Shown: one piece after another, positions 37,313-50,743 of the stretch
Layout of the letters: the number at the start of each line of letters is the position of its first letter
Position numbering within the stretch: the stretch's first letter is position 1
Source: Mobula hypostoma
Lineage: Eukaryota
Direction of reading: 5' to 3'
Assembly: GCF_963921235.1 (NCBI RefSeq)
Contig: NC_086108.1
Coordinates: 63,552,001 to 63,616,000, forward strand
Length of the DNA: 64,000 nt
Made by a program: the position numbers and the translations under genes
The notes under the pieces: generated by a model
Databases searched by the model: none
The model's input: only the letters and a program-made list of their open reading frames with translations
What the model was told of the DNA's origin: nothing

Positions 37313-38754
37313 GTAAGTAATATGTTTAATTGTTTTATTTCTTTGCTCAGAACTGGATAATTGTAGGACCTTCTAATTTATGAAATATGTTATCTGTTAT
37401 AGAATGATGTAAGCAGGATTTTCACCAAAAGGTAAAATGAAAATCTTTATACTTGAGGAGTATTCTAGTTCTTCAGTGTGCATATTTTTAACACAGCAAT
37501 GAAACCTTTAGAGACAGGAAAGTATGTGTTCACATCTCCAAGAGCAGTACTGAGTTGCAAATAATGTTTGGCTGCTTTGACTTGTTTTAGGCATCAGAGT
37601 TGTTTCTTTCAGTTTTTGACATTGTACTACGAGATTCAATTTCTATTTTATCGAAATTCACTAAGTACTGTGGTCAAATATCAAGACTGTCTCAAAGAAG
37701 AAACGAAGGGATGAAATAGAAAATCAGTTGATTCTTAAGACTCTTTCACAAAGATGTCAACAAAAAAATACTTGCAATTTTAAAGGAACATATGTTGCAT
37801 ATAAATTAATTGGTCTCCTTGGTGATGCAGGGGAGTGAAAAGAATGCTTGTGTGTGAATCTAAAAGCACACAACAAAGGTTTCAATTGCAAACATTATTT
37901 TCTGGTATAAACAAGAAAGTGGAATAATTCAAAAATGCTAAAAACAACAGATGCTTGAAATCTGACATAAGAATGGACAATGTTGGAACTATACCGCATG
38001 CTAGACAACATCTGTGCAGAGAGAAAAGACGGTGATGAGTCATGTTGAAGACCTGTTATCAGAACTCAGAAATGATGGAAGTTGAACAAGTTTGAGTCGC
38101 ACATAAACAGGAGTGATGGAGACATGGAAAAGACTGCCGAGAAAAGGGTGGAAATTGGGGAAATAAACAATGAACAATCTCTCTTGCTCTTATCCCTTTG
38201 TTCACTCTGCTCACTCTTCTCCTCTGCAACCCAAAACATGTTCAACTTATGGTATTTTCTAATTCTGTTGTTTAGGTCTACAAAGTAAAATGTTAATGCC
38301 ATTTTTTCCCAGAAATATTGCATAATTCCCATGTTTTCTGGTTTTTACTTACAGTGAGTGGAATTATTCCACATGAAGTTGAAATGAGTGTGGTATATAT
38401 ACTTTCTCTATGCTGGGATATGCAGATAATTCCTTATGCTTTTCAGAACTCACTGAGCAAGTGAAGATTTTTGAAGCAAGTTTCTACAGAGCCCATAAAA
38501 TCCACTGTTTTTTCATAATATTTTAATATGTTATGAAGTTGAACAGCAAATTGAAGATAAGAAATTTCGTCCATCACAGGATTGTAAATCTCTGCAGTTT
38601 TCTCCCCAAGAAGCAGTAGACGCAAAGTTACGAAGTATATTCCAGAAAAAGATTAATAGATATTTGCAAGGCAAAGGGAATCAAAAATATAAGACTTCAA
38701 TGAAGGAAGGAGACACTGGTTCTCGAACAAGGCCCCATTGTTTAGAAATAAGAT

Positions 38755-41700
38755 CTTGAAAATCGATCGAGAAGACAAAACTTACGTCTTATTGGTCTAC
38801 CCGAGGATGTTGAGGATGGAGACCCTTTGATATTCTTTGCTCAACGTTTAAAGGATACGTTCAGTTCAGTTTTTCCCAACGAGCCTCCATTACTTGACCG
38901 TGCGCACCGTATACCGCGGCCAAAGTCAGCATCGGCTGTATCCAAACCGAGACCAATTATTCTTCGTTTCCATTATGTTAATGTTAAAGAACAGCTTCTC
39001 CAGACTGCTCCTCGGCAAGGGATGATCAGTTATCGCCAACATTCCTTCAGGATAGTTCAAGATTACAGTCCCGAAGTGATGAAAGAGTGACTGACTTTTA
39101 AACCTCTGATGTCGGAATGTTATCAAAAAAATCTCAAACCGGCATTATTGTACCCTGCATGTCTAAGAATTTCTCTTCCTGATGGATCTCGTCGCATCTT
39201 CCATTCCATAACCGCCGCTCGAGGGTTTTTGGAAGATAACTACCCATCTGATACGGACACCGCCCTTTAACTAATGTTCTGTGCTCTCAGTATCAGCTTC
39301 TTTTTCTGGTGTTTTTTAAAAAAAAAATAAACCTTCTTCTACCGTACGATGAAGGTTTTTAATAAGCTCAAGATTTTTGTTTTGTGCTTACTACCATAGT
39401 TATTACTTTACAACTTATATAAAATAGTTATTTCTTGTGAATAACGTTACTTTCTTTTAGTTAATTTTTCCTTAACTTTTTGTTTTCCAATATTATTACT
39501 AACGATTTGATCTGACGATCATTTTCCGTTATATGTTCTTTATTTTTGTTTCTGTACAACTAAAATGGCGATTTGTTTTTTTTGCATAATCTCCTTTGTT
39601 CTTTTTGGGACGCCATGTTCTTATGTTTCTTCTTCCCATAATCCCCTTTTTTTGGAAGCAATATTTTATTTACTCTCATTTATAATTAACTAATCGTACA
39701 TATTGATGCTAACTTTTCCTTATTTATGTATCTTAGTAATTATACTATGTAGATTATTTTAGTACAGTGTTTAATTTTTTTTATATATATCAGTTTCCAG
39801 GACGTCATCTATATAACATATATCTTTGGAGTTGCCTCCTGCAGAAATGGGGTTAGATTTAGTATTAGTTAGTTCTTTCTTCAGCCTTTACTGGCTTAGT
39901 TCGGGGTTCTTGGGAATGGAGGGTGGGGTAGTCTTTTTCTTTTCTAATTTTTTCTATTGGCCTGATTTAGTACTACAAAGATGTCTGCAATGTCGGGATT
40001 TCCGGTTCCTCTCTGATCATGTATTCCTCTTCCAATTTCATGAGTTCACATTATGGTTAACCCTTTACTCACCAAAGGGTTAATCCTAAATAATGGCTGA
40101 CATTATTAATTTTGTCTCTTGGAATACAAATGGTTTAAACCATCCAATAAAACGGAAAAAGATTTTCAAAGTATTCCAAAGACTAAATGCTCATATTATT
40201 TTTGCACAAGAAACTCATGTAAGGAAAGAGGATAATCAACATTTCTTTAAGTTCTGGAAAGAAACATACCACTCAAACTCCCAAGCCAAAGTTAAAGGTG
40301 TTTCAATTTTTATAGATCCCTCAATTATATTTATTCATCAAGACATTATCTCAGATCCCAATGGTAGATTCTTGTTAATCACTGGGTTACTTTTTAATAA
40401 AAAGGTTGCTATGTTTAATGTTTATGCTCCGAATGTGGATTATCCTGAATGTTTTAAACACATATTCACTTCCTTTCCTAACTTAAATGAGTATATGTTG
40501 ATAATGGGCGGTGACTTTCATTTATGTTTGAATCCCATGTTGGACAGATCCATAGGTAGTCCGGCTTTACCAAATAAGTCGGCTACTCTTATTAACTCTT
40601 TTATGTTTGATTCTGGGATTTCAGAAATTTGGAGATTTCTACACCCAAAGGATAAAGAATTCTCACTCTTTTCACATGTTGATTGTTCTGATTCTCGAAT
40701 TGACTATTTTTTTATTGACTCTCGATTAATCCCATCTGTAATTGATTGTAATTATGACATTATCGCCATTTCAGATCATGCACCAATGAAACTTTCTATC
40801 AAGTTAATGGATACTTCTTGTACTAATAGACAATGGCGATTTAACCCTATTTTGCTTCAAAACTTGGACTTTGTCAAGTTTATAAAGGGACAGATTGATT
40901 TCTTTTTTTCAATTAATACTACGGAAGAAGTTTCCAATGGAATAGTTCGAGACGCTTTTAAAGCTTATATCCGTAGTCAGATTATTTCCTATTCAGCAGG
41001 CTTGAAAAAATGTGCTATGAATGAAATACTCTCGTTGGTTGATGAAATTAAAGAAATTGATTAAAAAATACGCTATTTCTCCCAGTAAGGAGCTGTACAA
41101 AGACAGAGTTGAACTTCAATTGGAACATAGTCTACTATTAACGTCCTCGATTGAAAATCAATTAATGAGAACTGAAAGTGATTTTTATATTCATAGTGAT
41201 AAATTGGGTAAATTATTGGATAATCAATTGAAATTTGCTTCGGTTAAACATCAACTTACTAAGATTCGCAAATAGGATGATACTTTGACAGATGATCGTG
41301 ACGGGATAAACAAAACCTTTCAAGAATTTTATACCTCTTTATATCATTCTGATTTTCCTCATGATTTTAATACCATGCATGATTTTTTAAGTAAACTGAA
41401 TTTTCCGAAATTATCACCCGAAGATTGCTTATCATTAGAAACTCCTATTGCAGAGGAAGAAATAATAACTGCAATCTCATCATTGAATTCTGGTAAAGCT
41501 CCCGGTCCGGACGGGTTTACAGTGGAATTCTTAAAATCCTTTTCCTCTATTCTCTCTCCGTGGTTGTCTAGAATATTCATAGAAGCAATCAGTTTAGGTA
41601 AATTACCACAATCATTTTATGAAGCCTCTATTTCCTTAATTATTAAAAAGAATAAAGATCCTGCTGATTGTGCATCATACAGACCAATATCTCTTTTGAA

Positions 41701-44281
41701 TGTAGATTCAAAAATTTTTTCGAAAATTTTAGCAACTAGGTTTGAGAAGGTATTACCTCAAATTATATCTATGGACCAAACTGGATTTATTAAAAATCGT
41801 TATTCATCCTTTAATATTAGGAGGTTAATGAATATTGTTTACAATCCTTCACTTATTACCCCGGAATGTATTATCTCATTAGATGCTGAGAAAGCCTTTG
41901 ACAGAGTTGAATGGCCTTATTTATTTAGTGTGCTTGAGAAATTTAATTTTAGTTTGATATTTATATCTTGGATTAAATTGTTATATTATTCCCCGGTAGC
42001 TTCGGTTTGTACTAATAATCAAAGATCTCCCTTTTTTCGTCTATTCGTGGTACTAGGCAAGGATGCCCTCTTAGTCCTTTACTATTTAATATCGCCCTTG
42101 AACCTTTAGCAATTGCTATCCGTGACTCGCCCAATATTTTTGGTATTATCCATGGAAACAAAATACATAAATTATCATTATATGCAGATGATTTGTTATT
42201 ATATATCTCTAATCCGGAGAAGTCAATTCCTGCTATTCTAGCTTTGTTGGCCCAATTTAGTAATTTTTCTGGCTACAAATTAAATCTTAATAAGAGTGAA
42301 TTATTTACCCTAAAAAAGCAGGTACCTATTTATGGATGTTTACCATTTAAATTGGTTACTGACTCATTTATATATTTAGGGATTATAATTACAAAAAAGT
42401 ATAAAGATTTATTTAAAGCTAATTTTTTTATCTTTAATTGATCAGATTAAACTTTTGTTTACTATATTGTCACCAATACCTTTGTCTTTGATTGGTCGGA
42501 TTAATGCTATTAAGATGATTATTTTGCAAAAATTTCTATATGTATTTCAATCAGTTCCAATTTTTATCCCAAAATCTTTTTTCGATAATGTTGATTCAAA
42601 AATTTCCTCATATATATGGCAGGACAAAAATCCTAGGCTAGGTAAAAGATATTTACAGAAATCTAAAAAAGAGGAGGGGCTCGCCCTCCCGAATTTTAGA
42701 TTTTATTATTGGGCAATTAATATTCGATACTTAAAATTTTGGTTACGAGATTTGGATGTATCTTTAAATCCACATTGGGTAAATCTTGAATGTAATTTAT
42801 TACAAGGGTCTTCTTTGGGTTTGGTTTTAGGAAGCTTCCTTTTATTTCTTCTCAATTGTATAAACAAATGAATAATCCAATAGTTAAGCATGCTTTACGT
42901 ATAGGGTTTCAATTCCGAAGATTTTTTGGGTTTAATCAATTTATTTTAGCAAATCCTATTATATCTAATTTCGTTTTTCAACCTTCCACTATGGATCAAG
43001 CTTACTTTGATTGGAAAACAAAGGTATAGTACGTTTTCATGATTTATTTTTGGATAATTGTCTCATGTCTTTTGATCAACTTTCTAATTAAAATAATTTA
43101 CCCAGATCTCACTTTTTTAGATACCTACAGATTAGAAACTTTTTAATTACTGCTTCTCCTAATTTTCCACACTCACATCCAATGGATACATTGGAAAATA
43201 TTTTAGATCTAAATCTCTCTCAGAAAAGTGTTGTAGCAATTATTTATAACATGATTATGAATTTATGTCCTGATGTTTCCAATAAAATTAAAACTGATTG
43301 GGAAAGAGAATTTAAGATTATTATGCCGATTGAAAAATGGGAAAAAATTCTTCAATTGGTTAATTCATCCTCTAAATGTGCTAAACATGTGTTGATACAG
43401 TTTAAAGTAGTGCACAGGGCTCATATGTCCAAAGATAAACTATCTCGTTATTATTCTTATATTAATCCTATATGTGATAGATGTCATTCCGAGATAGCCT
43501 CTTTAACTCACATGTTTTGGTCATGTCCTTTGTTGGAAAAATATTGGAAAGATATTTTTGATATTATTTCAATGGTTTTGAATACAGGCTTACAACCTCA
43601 CCCAGTTACTGCTATTTTTGGATTACCAATGATAGACTCAAATCATTTAACCTCTTCAGCTCGTTGGATGATTGCATTTCATACTTTAATGGCTAGAAGA
43701 TCCTTTTTGCTGAATGGGAAAGAGATTAACCCTCCTACTGTATTTCACTGGTTTTCACAAGCTATGTTGTGTTTAAATTTGGAAAAAAATTATAAGTGTG
43801 GTTTATGACCCTTCCATTAAATTTGAAAAAACTTGGTGGCCATTTATTCAGCATTTTCATATGATGTAATTTGACCATTTCCAAACTTATTTTACTTCCC
43901 CGTAGTGTTGGTTGAGAGGAATGGAGTCGTCGACACTAAGGTTTTCTTTTCTTCCATTTTTACGTTGTTAAAATTGCCCAAGTCTTTTTCGTTTAGTTGA
44001 CTAATTCTGTTTAGATTAGTTTTTTTTGGGGGTGGAGTTTGTTTTTTTTAAATTATTTTTTTCTTTTTCATGATTTTTCTCCAGTTTTTTTTTGTTCTGT
44101 ATTATTCATTGTTACCCTACATGATAGGGAGTTTTGTCAATTTATACTATTTGGTTTTTATAATTACTCATCTTAAGTATAACAATGTATTTCCAACAAT
44201 TTTGTATTATTGCTATGTTATGTTTATATTTTATGAAACTAATAAAAAGATTGAAAAAGAAAGAAAGAAAGAAGGAAAGAA
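38755..44281 (+). mobile_element. L1-clade LINE, 5'-truncated within ORF1, with disrupted ORF2, in CYP intron 2
   Basis: ORF1 DLENRSRRQNLRLIGLPE...LDRAHR...PRPIILRFH...LYPA, ending at 39270. ORF2 from 40093: SWNTNGL, QETH, GGDF, SRIDY, ISDHAP, YRPISLLN, LDAEKAFD, YADD at 42181, CxxC..H...C knuckle. AATAAA at 44241 and a (GAAA)n tail. TSD agaaataagat at 38744-38754 and 44282-44292. Confidence 0.93.
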
Positions 44282-44689
44282 AGAAATAAGATGTTCACCC
44301 ATTTAAGACGGGCAAAATTTTCTCTATTAGAGTCATGAGTGTTTAGACATCTTTTTCTCAAAGCAGAGTGAAAGCAGGATCATTGAATGAACAGACACCT
44401 GATGAGTAACGGAATAGAATATTGAAGTTTTAATCAGCACAGCATTGATCTTAATATATATCAAGAGTGGACGAGAGGCAGGGTGGCCTTCTGGTTTTAA
44501 TTTCACACTTACAGTATATGATCAAAGAACCTGTACTCCTACATAATCTAGACATATCAGTCAATGTACTTCTAAAACTAGTCATTGTTCTCAATAATAG
44601 ATGCATTGTCAAATCTTTACAATGTCAACTGAATCAACCTCACTCGTCTCCAAAACAAACAGGTTTATCCCATCAGTTCATACTTCTTT

Positions 44690-46290
44690 ATAAAATATAG
44701 GAGCAGAATTAGGTTCATCAAGTCTGCTCCACCATTCAATCATAGATGATTTATTATTCCTCCTCAATCTCATTCTTTTACCTTCTCCCCATAACCTGTG
44801 ATATCCTTGCTAACTACGTACCTATCAACCTCCTCTTCAATGACGTGGACTTCACAGCCATCTGTGGCAATGAATTCTATAGATGCACCACTCTCTTGCT
44901 AAAGAAATTACTTCTCATCACTGCGCAAAAGAGATGTCCTTCTGTACTGCCCTCTCTTCGTAAACTCTTCCACAATTGGAAAAATCCCTGCCACGTCCAC
45001 CCTATCTAGGCTTTCAAATACTCAGTGAGATTCTCCCTTCATTCTTCTAAACTCCAGCGAGTACAGGCCCAGAACCATTAAATGCTCCTCATACAATAGC
45101 CCTTTCATTCTTGGGATTATTCCCATCAACCTCCTCTGAGATCTCTCCAATGCCAACGTATCCTTTCAAAATATGTGGTCTAAAACTGCTCAAAGTACTC
45201 CAAGTGTGGTCTGATCAAAGCCTCGTAAGGCCTCAGTGTTACACTTCTTCCTTATATTCTAGTCCTCTAGAAATGAATACTAACATTTTATTTGCCTTCC
45301 TTACTGCTGATTCTATCTGCATTTTAACCTTCAGGGATTTCACAGATTCACCACTCTCTGGTTAAAAACAGTTCCTCCTCATCTCCATTCTAAAAAGACA
45401 CCAGTCTGTTCTGAGGCTGTGTCCTTTGGTCTTAGACTCTCCCACCACAGGAAACATCCTCTCCGCATCCACTCTATCAAGACCATTCACTATTTGATAG
45501 GTTTCATTGAGGCCACCCCTCATTCTTCTGAATTCTGATGAATACAGCCCCAGAGCCATCAAATGCTCTTCATATGACAAGCCATTCAATCCTGGAATCA
45601 TTTTTGTGAACCTCTTTTGAACCCTCTCCAGTTTAAAGATAAAGGGCCCAAAACTGATCACAATACTCCAAGGGAGTCCCCACCAGTGCTTTTTAAGCCT
45701 CAACATTATATCCTTGCTTTTATATTCTATATTTCCTCTTGAAATGAATTCTAACATCACATTCGCCTTCCTCACCACAAACTCAACCTGCAACTTAACC
45801 TTTGGGAATCCTACACAAGGACTCCAAGTCCTTTTGCACCTCAGGTTTTTATATTTTCTCTCCATTTAAAAAATAGTCAACCCATTTACTTCTTCCACCA
45901 AAGTACACAACTCAAACTTCACAACATTGTATTTCATCTGCCACTTCTTCGCCCATTCTTCTAATCTGTCCAAGTTCTTCTGTAGCCTCTCTGCTTCCTG
46001 AAAACTACTTGCCCCCCTCCCACCTATGTTTGTATTGTCTGAAAACTTTGCAACAAAGCTATCAATCCCGTCATCCAAATCATTGGCATATCATCCAAAC
46101 CATATGCATGCAAAGTAATGGACCCAACACCTACACCTGTGGAACACTGTAAGTCATTGGAAATCAACCTGAAAAGGCTTCCTTTTTTCCCAGTCTTTGT
46201 CTTCTGCCAGTCAGCCGATCTTATGTCCGTAATTCTACCTTTCCTGTCATACTATGTGGTCTCGGCTTAATTAGCAACTTCATATTGGGC
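44690..46290 (-). mobile_element. Two adjacent degenerate CR1 3' fragments
   Basis: GIDSFVAKFSDNTNIGG; LERVQKRFTKMIPGL...EFRRMRG. The same 3' region appears twice (about 44690-45338 and 45339-46290). Confidence 0.8.
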
Positions 46291-46770
46291 CCTTTTTCAT
46301 TGGTTTGATAACTGTTTTAGTGAACACCTATGTTTGCTTGAGGAATCCTCTATGAATGGCATCTACCCTCTATGATGGTAGAGCATGGCATGTGCCAGCG
46401 GGTAAGGTTTAAAATGTGTTAGGATATTTTTTGGCATGATTTTTTGTGTCCTAAAGACAATGTCGTATACAGACGTTTGGTTCCAATGGTGGCAGACACT
46501 GTTTGTGCTGATCCCAGATATGAGCTTAACAATGAATGAGTTTTGAAGCCAACAATTAGTTGTCACCAGCAAAATCAGAACAGAGCCAAGAAAACACAGC
46601 ACTCAGCTGGGTTATTTATAATCAAATATAAGATATCTTTACCCACTAGGTTGTAGGGAAAGTTTACTATCCATATCAATTTCTTTACAAAGAATTCTCT
46701 TATTTTTCCATCCAGGCTACATAGACCACTCATAAATCATTACAAATGCCACCTGTATTTCACTGCACAG

Positions 46771-46920
46771 GTATACAGTTCTCGAATGGAAACGTATGGA
46801 AAGAGCAACGGAAGTTTGCACAAATGACATTAAGAAGATTTGGTGTTGGGCAAAAGTCTTTGGAAGCACAAATTCTTGAGAAAATTAAAGATCTTCAAGA
46901 TGCATTCAAACAAGAGAAGG
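46771..46920 (+). CDS. CYP2J: CYP2J-like exon 3 (150 nt, helix C WxxxR)
   Basis: Acceptor cactgcacAG, donor GTaagt. Encodes GIQFSNGNVWKEQRKFAQMTLRRFGVGQKSLEAQILEKIKDLQDAFKQEK. Confidence 0.93.
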
Positions 46921-49069
46921 GTAAGTTTATTCTACTTTTTGTTTTGGATATAATGCCATTGGACTGGATTTTGTGTAATGATGCAAAATTATTTGTTGAT
47001 ATCAGTGGTAAAAACAGACAGCAATTTCTATAAGATATGTGTTGCCATTTGAATATTGCATTCCTGTAGACTTGTAAGCTCTTCAAATAAACATCCATTT
47101 ACTATGCAAAACTGATGAGCGTTTCCACCCTAACAAAAGTGTCAGGTAGTACATTACAGATTCCTATTACTCTCTGGTTAAATAAATTTTCCTCGTATCC
47201 CCTCTATTCATTTTACCTTTGAATTTAAATCCATGCTCATTTCTGACTCTGGTACCACATGAAATATATCCTTGTTATTTAGTCTATCTGAGTTTGCAAT
47301 TTCAGACAACTCAGTCAATTGTCCCAAACGGAAGAGCAGGAGCATAATAATTTTTGCTCATAGGTGCATATTCTAGCTTTATTAACTCCTTCATGGGTTA
47401 CCAGATATCCTCTCGAATGGATACTTTTTGTAGTTAATACTGGTGTGATGGAAAACACCCAGCACAGATCATTATGTTTTTAAGGGCAGCAAATATTGAT
47501 ATAACTTTTTGGTTGCAGACCAACTTCTTAATATTAAACACACAGCGTATATTTTCCTTGCCTGAATATAGTGATGTCAATTATAAGTCACTTAGAAGTC
47601 AATAGCATCATAACATTTTAAGTAAAGTTTGGATATTAAACACACAGCGCATATTTTCCCTGTATGAACATATAAAATCATTACAACACATCAATATCAC
47701 TGAATCAGTGGGAGCCCTGGGCTTGCTTCCCTGCAACAAGACAGTCCTATCGAGGGGTGATGGGAGACAGTGATACTCGAAGAGGGGTTCCTTATGTCCA
47801 GTCTATTCCGCAATTTAGTTTTCGTTGCATTCATTGCAGAAAACACCGCTTCGCAGAGATATGATGTTGGAAATGGAAGCAACGTTTTCAGTGCTTTCGT
47901 GGCTATCTCAGGATATTCAGCCTTGACTTTGCTCCAGCATACCATCAGAGATGTTATGTCAAATATACTTTTCAGCCCACTGTCATCTGCAAGCTCGAGG
48001 AATTGATCTTCTTCCTGCGCTGACATGGATGATTCACCAGGGACATTCACAAATGGGTCACGGACCCATTCCTTTGCACGTCTTGGGTCATTTGTCGTTG
48101 GGAAGTAACGCTCGAATTCTGTCGACAGCGAGGATAGGTAATCGCGCACCAGCTGTGAGAAGGATGGTGCAGCCTCAGTCTCTCCCAAAATCCCAGCTAA
48201 TGTTGGGAACAAGTCAAATATGCCCCTGTCCACTTGCCGTCCCCACAGTTCCAGTTGGTCTTTGAAAGCAGACACTTTATCTACCAACTTGAAGACAGTT
48301 GTCATTCTCCCCTGAAGTGACAAATTGAGTTCATTGAGCAGGTTGAAGATGTCACACAGACAAGCAAGTGTTGCTACCCACTCCTCATCACTGAAGTGTG
48401 CTGCCAGTGGTGACTTTTTTTCCTGAAAGAAATCTCTGTAGCTGCTCTCTTAACTCAAAAATCCTTGCCAGGACTCTTCCCCTTGATAGCCACCTGACCT
48501 CAGTGTGCTAGAGAAGGTGTTTGTGCTCTGCATCCATTTCCTCGCAAAACTGCTCAAACAGATGTGAGTTAAGGGCTTTTGCTTTGATGTGATTGATAAC
48601 TTCAACAACATCACTCAATATGCTGTGAAGATCAGGTGACATTTTCCGGCTACCCAGCATTTCCCTGTGTATGACACAGTGTGTAGACTAGCATTCAAGA
48701 GCAACCTCTTTGACTCAGGTAGTGAAACCAGACAGCCGTCCAGTCATAGCTTCAGCCCGTCTGTGCATATTCCAACACAGAATGACCAGCCCAGTTTGCC
48801 TGACATGTAGTCATTCAAAGATTTGAATTGCTCTGCGCCAGTTGTGTTAGTTGGCAGCCGCAGTGCACACAACATATCCTTGTGCATATTGCCTTGAAAT
48901 ATATATCGCACATAAACCAGCAGTATTGCCTTGTTGTCGACATCGGTAGACTCGTCAAACTGGATAGCATACCATGGTGACAGTTCCAACAGTTGTGCTT
49001 TGATGTCCTCTGCTACGTCATCGATTCTCATTGAAACTTTGGTAGCTGAAATAGAAACTTGTGCCATCT

Positions 49070-50743
49070 AATTCCGCCTAGCGGAATTAGTCCTTACTCT
49101 TAATAATTTCACCTTTGGCTCCTCCCACTTCCTCCAATCTAAAGGTGTAGCCATGGGCACCTGTATGGGTCAGAGCTATGCCTGCCTTTTTGTTGGCTTT
49201 GTGGAACAATCTATGTTCCAAACCTATTCTGGTATCTGTCCCCCACTTTTCCTTCGCTACATCGACGACTGCATTGGCGCTGCTTCCTACACGCATGCTG
49301 AGCTCATTGACTTCATTAACTTTGCCTCCAACTTTCACCCTGCCCTCAAGTTTACCTGGTCCATTTCTGACACCTCCCTCCCCTTTCTAGATCTTTCTGT
49401 CTCTATCTCTGGAGACAGTTTATCTACTGATGTCTACTATAAGCCTACGGACTCTCACAGCTATCTGGACTATTCCTCTTCTCACCCTGTCTCTTGCAAA
49501 AGTGCCATCCCCTTCTCGCAATTCCTCCGTCTCTGCTGCATCTGCTCTCAGAATGAGGCTTTTCATTCCAGGACGAAGGAGATGTCCTCCTCTTTTAAAG
49601 AAAGGGGCTACCCTTCCTCCACCATCAACTCTGCTCTCAAACACATCTCCCCCATTTCACGCACATCTGCTCTCACTCTACCCCACTAGGAATAGGGCTC
49701 CCCTTGCCCTCACCTACCACCCCACCAGCCTCCGGGTCCAACATCTAATTCTCCGTAACTTCCACCACCTCCAACAGGATCCCACCACTAAGCAGATTTT
49801 TTCCTTCCCCCCGACCCACTTTCTGCAGGGATCGCTCCCTACGCGACTCCCTTGTCCATTCGCACCCCCCCCATCCCTCCCCACCGATCTCCCTCCTGGC
49901 ACTTATCCTTGTAAGAGGAACAAGTGCTACACATGCCCTTACACTTCCTCCCTTACCACCATTCAGGGCCCCAGACCGTCCTTCCAGGTGAGGTGAGACT
50001 TCACCTCTGAGTTGGCTGGGGTGATATACTGTGCCCAGTGCTCCCGATGCGGCCTTCTATATATTGGTGAGACCCAACGCAGACTGGGAGATCATTTCGC
50101 TGAACACCTACGCTCTGTCTGCCAGAGAAAGCAGGATCTCCCAGTGGCCACACATTTTAATTCCACGTCCCATTCCCATTCTGGTATATTTATCTACGGA
50201 ATCCTCTACTGTAAAGATGAAGCCACACTCCGGTTGGAGGAACAACAGCTTATATTCTGTCTGGGTAGCCTCCAACCTGATGGCATGAACATTGACTTCT
50301 CAAAGTTCCGCTAATGCCCCACCTCCCCCTCGTACCCCATCCGTTATTTATTTATTTATATACACACATTCATTTCTCTCTCTCCTTTTTCTCCCTTTGG
50401 CCCTCTCACGAAACCCCTTGCCCATCCTCTGTGCTTCCCCCCCCCGCCCTTTCTTTCTCCCTTGGCCTCCTGTCCCATGATCCTCTCATATCCCTTTTGC
50501 TAATCAACTGCCCAGCTCTCGGCTCCATCCCTCCCCCTCCTGTCTTCTCCTATCATTTTGGATCTCCCCCTCCCCCTCCCACTTTCAAATCTCTTACTAG
50601 CTCTTCCTTCAGTTAGTCCTGACGAAGGGACTGGGCCCGAAACGTCAACTGTACCTCTTCCTAGAGATGCTGCCTGGCCTGCTGTGTCACCAGTAACTTT
50701 TATGTGTGTTGCTTGAAATTGCAGCATCTGCAGGTCTCCTCGT
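49070..50743 (+). mobile_element. Penelope-like element (RT + GIY-YIG) nested in the hAT transposase
   Basis: GVAMGTCMGQSYACLFVG..FLRYIDDC; CKRNKCYTC; VIYCAQCSRCGLLYIGETQRRLGDHFAEH. TSD acttgtgccatct (49057-49069) / acctgtgccatct (50744-50756). Confidence 0.92.
50610..50651 (+). ncRNA. Minimal type I hammerhead ribozyme motif
   Basis: cagttagtc-CTGACGA-a-ggg(actggg)ccc-GAAA-cGTC-aactg. Confidence 0.7.
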
